A DNA stretch of 64,000 nucleotides from Dipteris shenzhenensis (lineage: Eukaryota): assembly GCA_047967505.1 (NCBI GenBank), contig CM106538.1; one strand, 5' to 3'. This document shows positions 62,443-64,000 of this stretch, piece by piece (within the stretch, counting starts at the first letter, position 1; each line of letters starts with the position of its first letter). The notes beneath the pieces are model-generated. The model was not told where the DNA came from. It searched no databases and was given only the letters and a program-made list of their open reading frames with translations. The position numbers and the translations under genes are program-made.

Positions 62443-64000
62443 TCATAATCCCCACACTGCATGTTCGATGTACTCATCTGACATTGGCTTGATCACAGAG
62501 TCCAACCGTGGCCAATACCCTACCTTTTTCAATAGCTTATTCAAACTCTTCAGCTTAAAACAGATCTCATAAATCTGTGCGTGGCTGTTGCCTCCAACAA
62601 TGAACTCATGCACATTGTTGTCAACCTCAATCCAGGCCATCCCAGGTTTCTTCCATGCACCTGCACTATTTCTAAGCTCTTGAATTTTTTGAATTTCCTC
62701 CCAGATTTGAGAATCTGCATAAATGTTGGACATGAGCACATACCCAGAAGCATCAACTGAATCCAACTGAAGGACTTCATTGAAGCATCGTCTTGCAAGC
62801 TCAACATTGCCATATGTCTGGCAGCTGGATAGCAGAGACATCCACACAATAAAATCTGGAAAACCTGGCATACTCTGAAGGTAATCTAAAGCCTCACTCA
62901 AACATCCGTTACGGCCAAGAAGATCAATCATGCAGCTATAATGCTCCACATTAGGAGCTATGCCATGGACTTTCCTCATACAATTAAAAAACCACCGTCC
63001 TTCCTCCAGTTGGCCAGCATGGCTACAAGATGCAAGAATACTGGTGAATATCACATCATCTGGCTTCAGTCCTAGGTTTTGCATGTCATCCAAACATTGA
63101 CGGGCCAGCTTGAAGTTGCCAAACTGAGCATATCCAGAAATAATTGCACCCCACGATACCACATTTTGAAATGGCAATACATCAAACACTTTGCGTGCAC
63201 TATCAAGGTCACCGCATTTGGCATACATGTCAATAATAGCATTTCCAACGTTCATGTCAGTTTCAAATCCACTTCTGATGATCTGATCATGTATGAGCCA
63301 ACCCTGCTTGATGACTCCTATGCTCCCACAAGCTTTCAAAATGCACAAAAATGTGACTTTGTCTGGGTTCATACCATCATCTTGCATCCTCACATAGAGC
63401 TCAAGAGCAGCAACACCAAGCCCCTGCTGTGCATAGCTTGCAATCATTGAAGCCCATAAAACCACATCCCGATTAGGCAATTCATCGAACACATCCCGTG
63501 CCTCCTCCAGGCACTTACATTTTGCATACAGATCAACAATACAGCTCCCAATGACTACATCCAGCTCAAGTCCGAGACTGACAATCTGTTCATGTACCAA
63601 TCTGCCCTGGCATATTGCTCCTATGCTGCTACAAGCTTTCAAGATGCACGAGAAAGTCTCTTTGCTAGGCACCATTCCCTCAGCTTGCATTTTCTGGAAC
63701 AGCCCAAGGGCACATATGCCATCTCCTTGCTGGACATACCCTGCAATAATTGAACCCCATGAAACCCTATTTCGATTGGGCAGTTTCTCAAATACTCTGT
63801 GCGCTTCTTCCAGGCTCCCACATTTGGCATACATGTCAATCAGCGTGTTCCCAATGACAGAATGTGAAGCAAATCCATTTCTACTGACCTTATCATGTAT
63901 CAACCTGCCCTGCCATATGGCTCCAATCGTGGTGCATGCTTTCAACGCACACGAAAATGTTACCTCGCTTGGTGTTGTGCCCTCTTGTTGCATTCTCTCA
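62443..64000 (-). CDS. PLS-class pentatricopeptide repeat protein with E/E+ extension (organellar RNA editing factor); 5' end lies beyond the window
   Basis: Uninterrupted ORF with repeats VTFSCALKAC, NTLIDMYAKCG and VSWGSIIAGY; E domain HYSCMIDLLGR/WMSLLSSC/GYVLMSNIY; PG box KKPGMAWIEV..VHEF; GYWP; stop comes before the HxE motif. Confidence 0.95.
   Translation of the reverse strand, partial: ERMQQEGTTPSEVTFSCALKACTTIGAIWQGRLIHDKVSRNGFASHSVIGNTLIDMYAKCGSLEEAHRVFEKLPNRNRVSWGSIIAGYVQQGDGICALGLFQKMQAEGMVPSKETFSCILKACSSIGAICQGRLVHEQIVSLGLELDVVIGSCIVDLYAKCKCLEEARDVFDELPNRDVVLWASMIASYAQQGLGVAALELYVRMQDDGMNPDKVTFLCILKACGSIGVIKQGWLIHDQIIRSGFETDMNVGNAIIDMYAKCGDLDSARKVFDVLPFQNVVSWGAIISGYAQFGNFKLARQCLDDMQNLGLKPDDVIFTSILASCSHAGQLEEGRWFFNCMRKVHGIAPNVEHYSCMIDLLGRNGCLSEALDYLQSMPGFPDFIVWMSLLSSCQTYGNVELARRCFNEVLQLDSVDASGYVLMSNIYADSQIWEEIQKIQELRNSAGAWKKPGMAWIEVDNNVHEFIVGGNSHAQIYEICFKLKSLNKLLKKVGYWPRLDSVIKPMSDEYIEHAVWGL

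Overview
Eukaryotic land-plant genomic DNA, most likely a fern (inferred from the style of the PLS-class PPR protein and the TE complement; not verified). The window is mostly transposon-derived. It holds two host genes, both on the minus strand: a 4-exon clade-A PP2C (ABI1/HAB-like, about 579 aa, 13305-15770) and a PLS-E+ PPR RNA-editing factor (62443 to beyond the window end) whose DYW domain appears to have decayed. Mobile DNA includes Copia and Gypsy remnants, several LTRs, a 5'-truncated LINE with a 14-bp TSD, a very young 2.8-kb non-coding LTR element, and a structurally complete hAT element with an apparently intact spliced 821-aa transposase. Two items stand out. (1) A decayed Helitron2/Helentron-type Rep-PIF1-AP-endonuclease gene (about 44.8-48.8 kb) lies downstream of an RPA70-like gene, unknown spliced ORFs, a palindromic repeat array and an atypical kinase pseudogene, which together may be one large cargo-carrying rolling-circle element. 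(2) A Penelope-like reverse transcriptase with no C-terminal GIY-YIG (Chlamys/Naiad-type layout, 57.5-58.2 kb) is followed by a structured element containing hammerhead core motifs. All family assignments come from motif recognition by eye, and boundaries of decayed elements are approximate.
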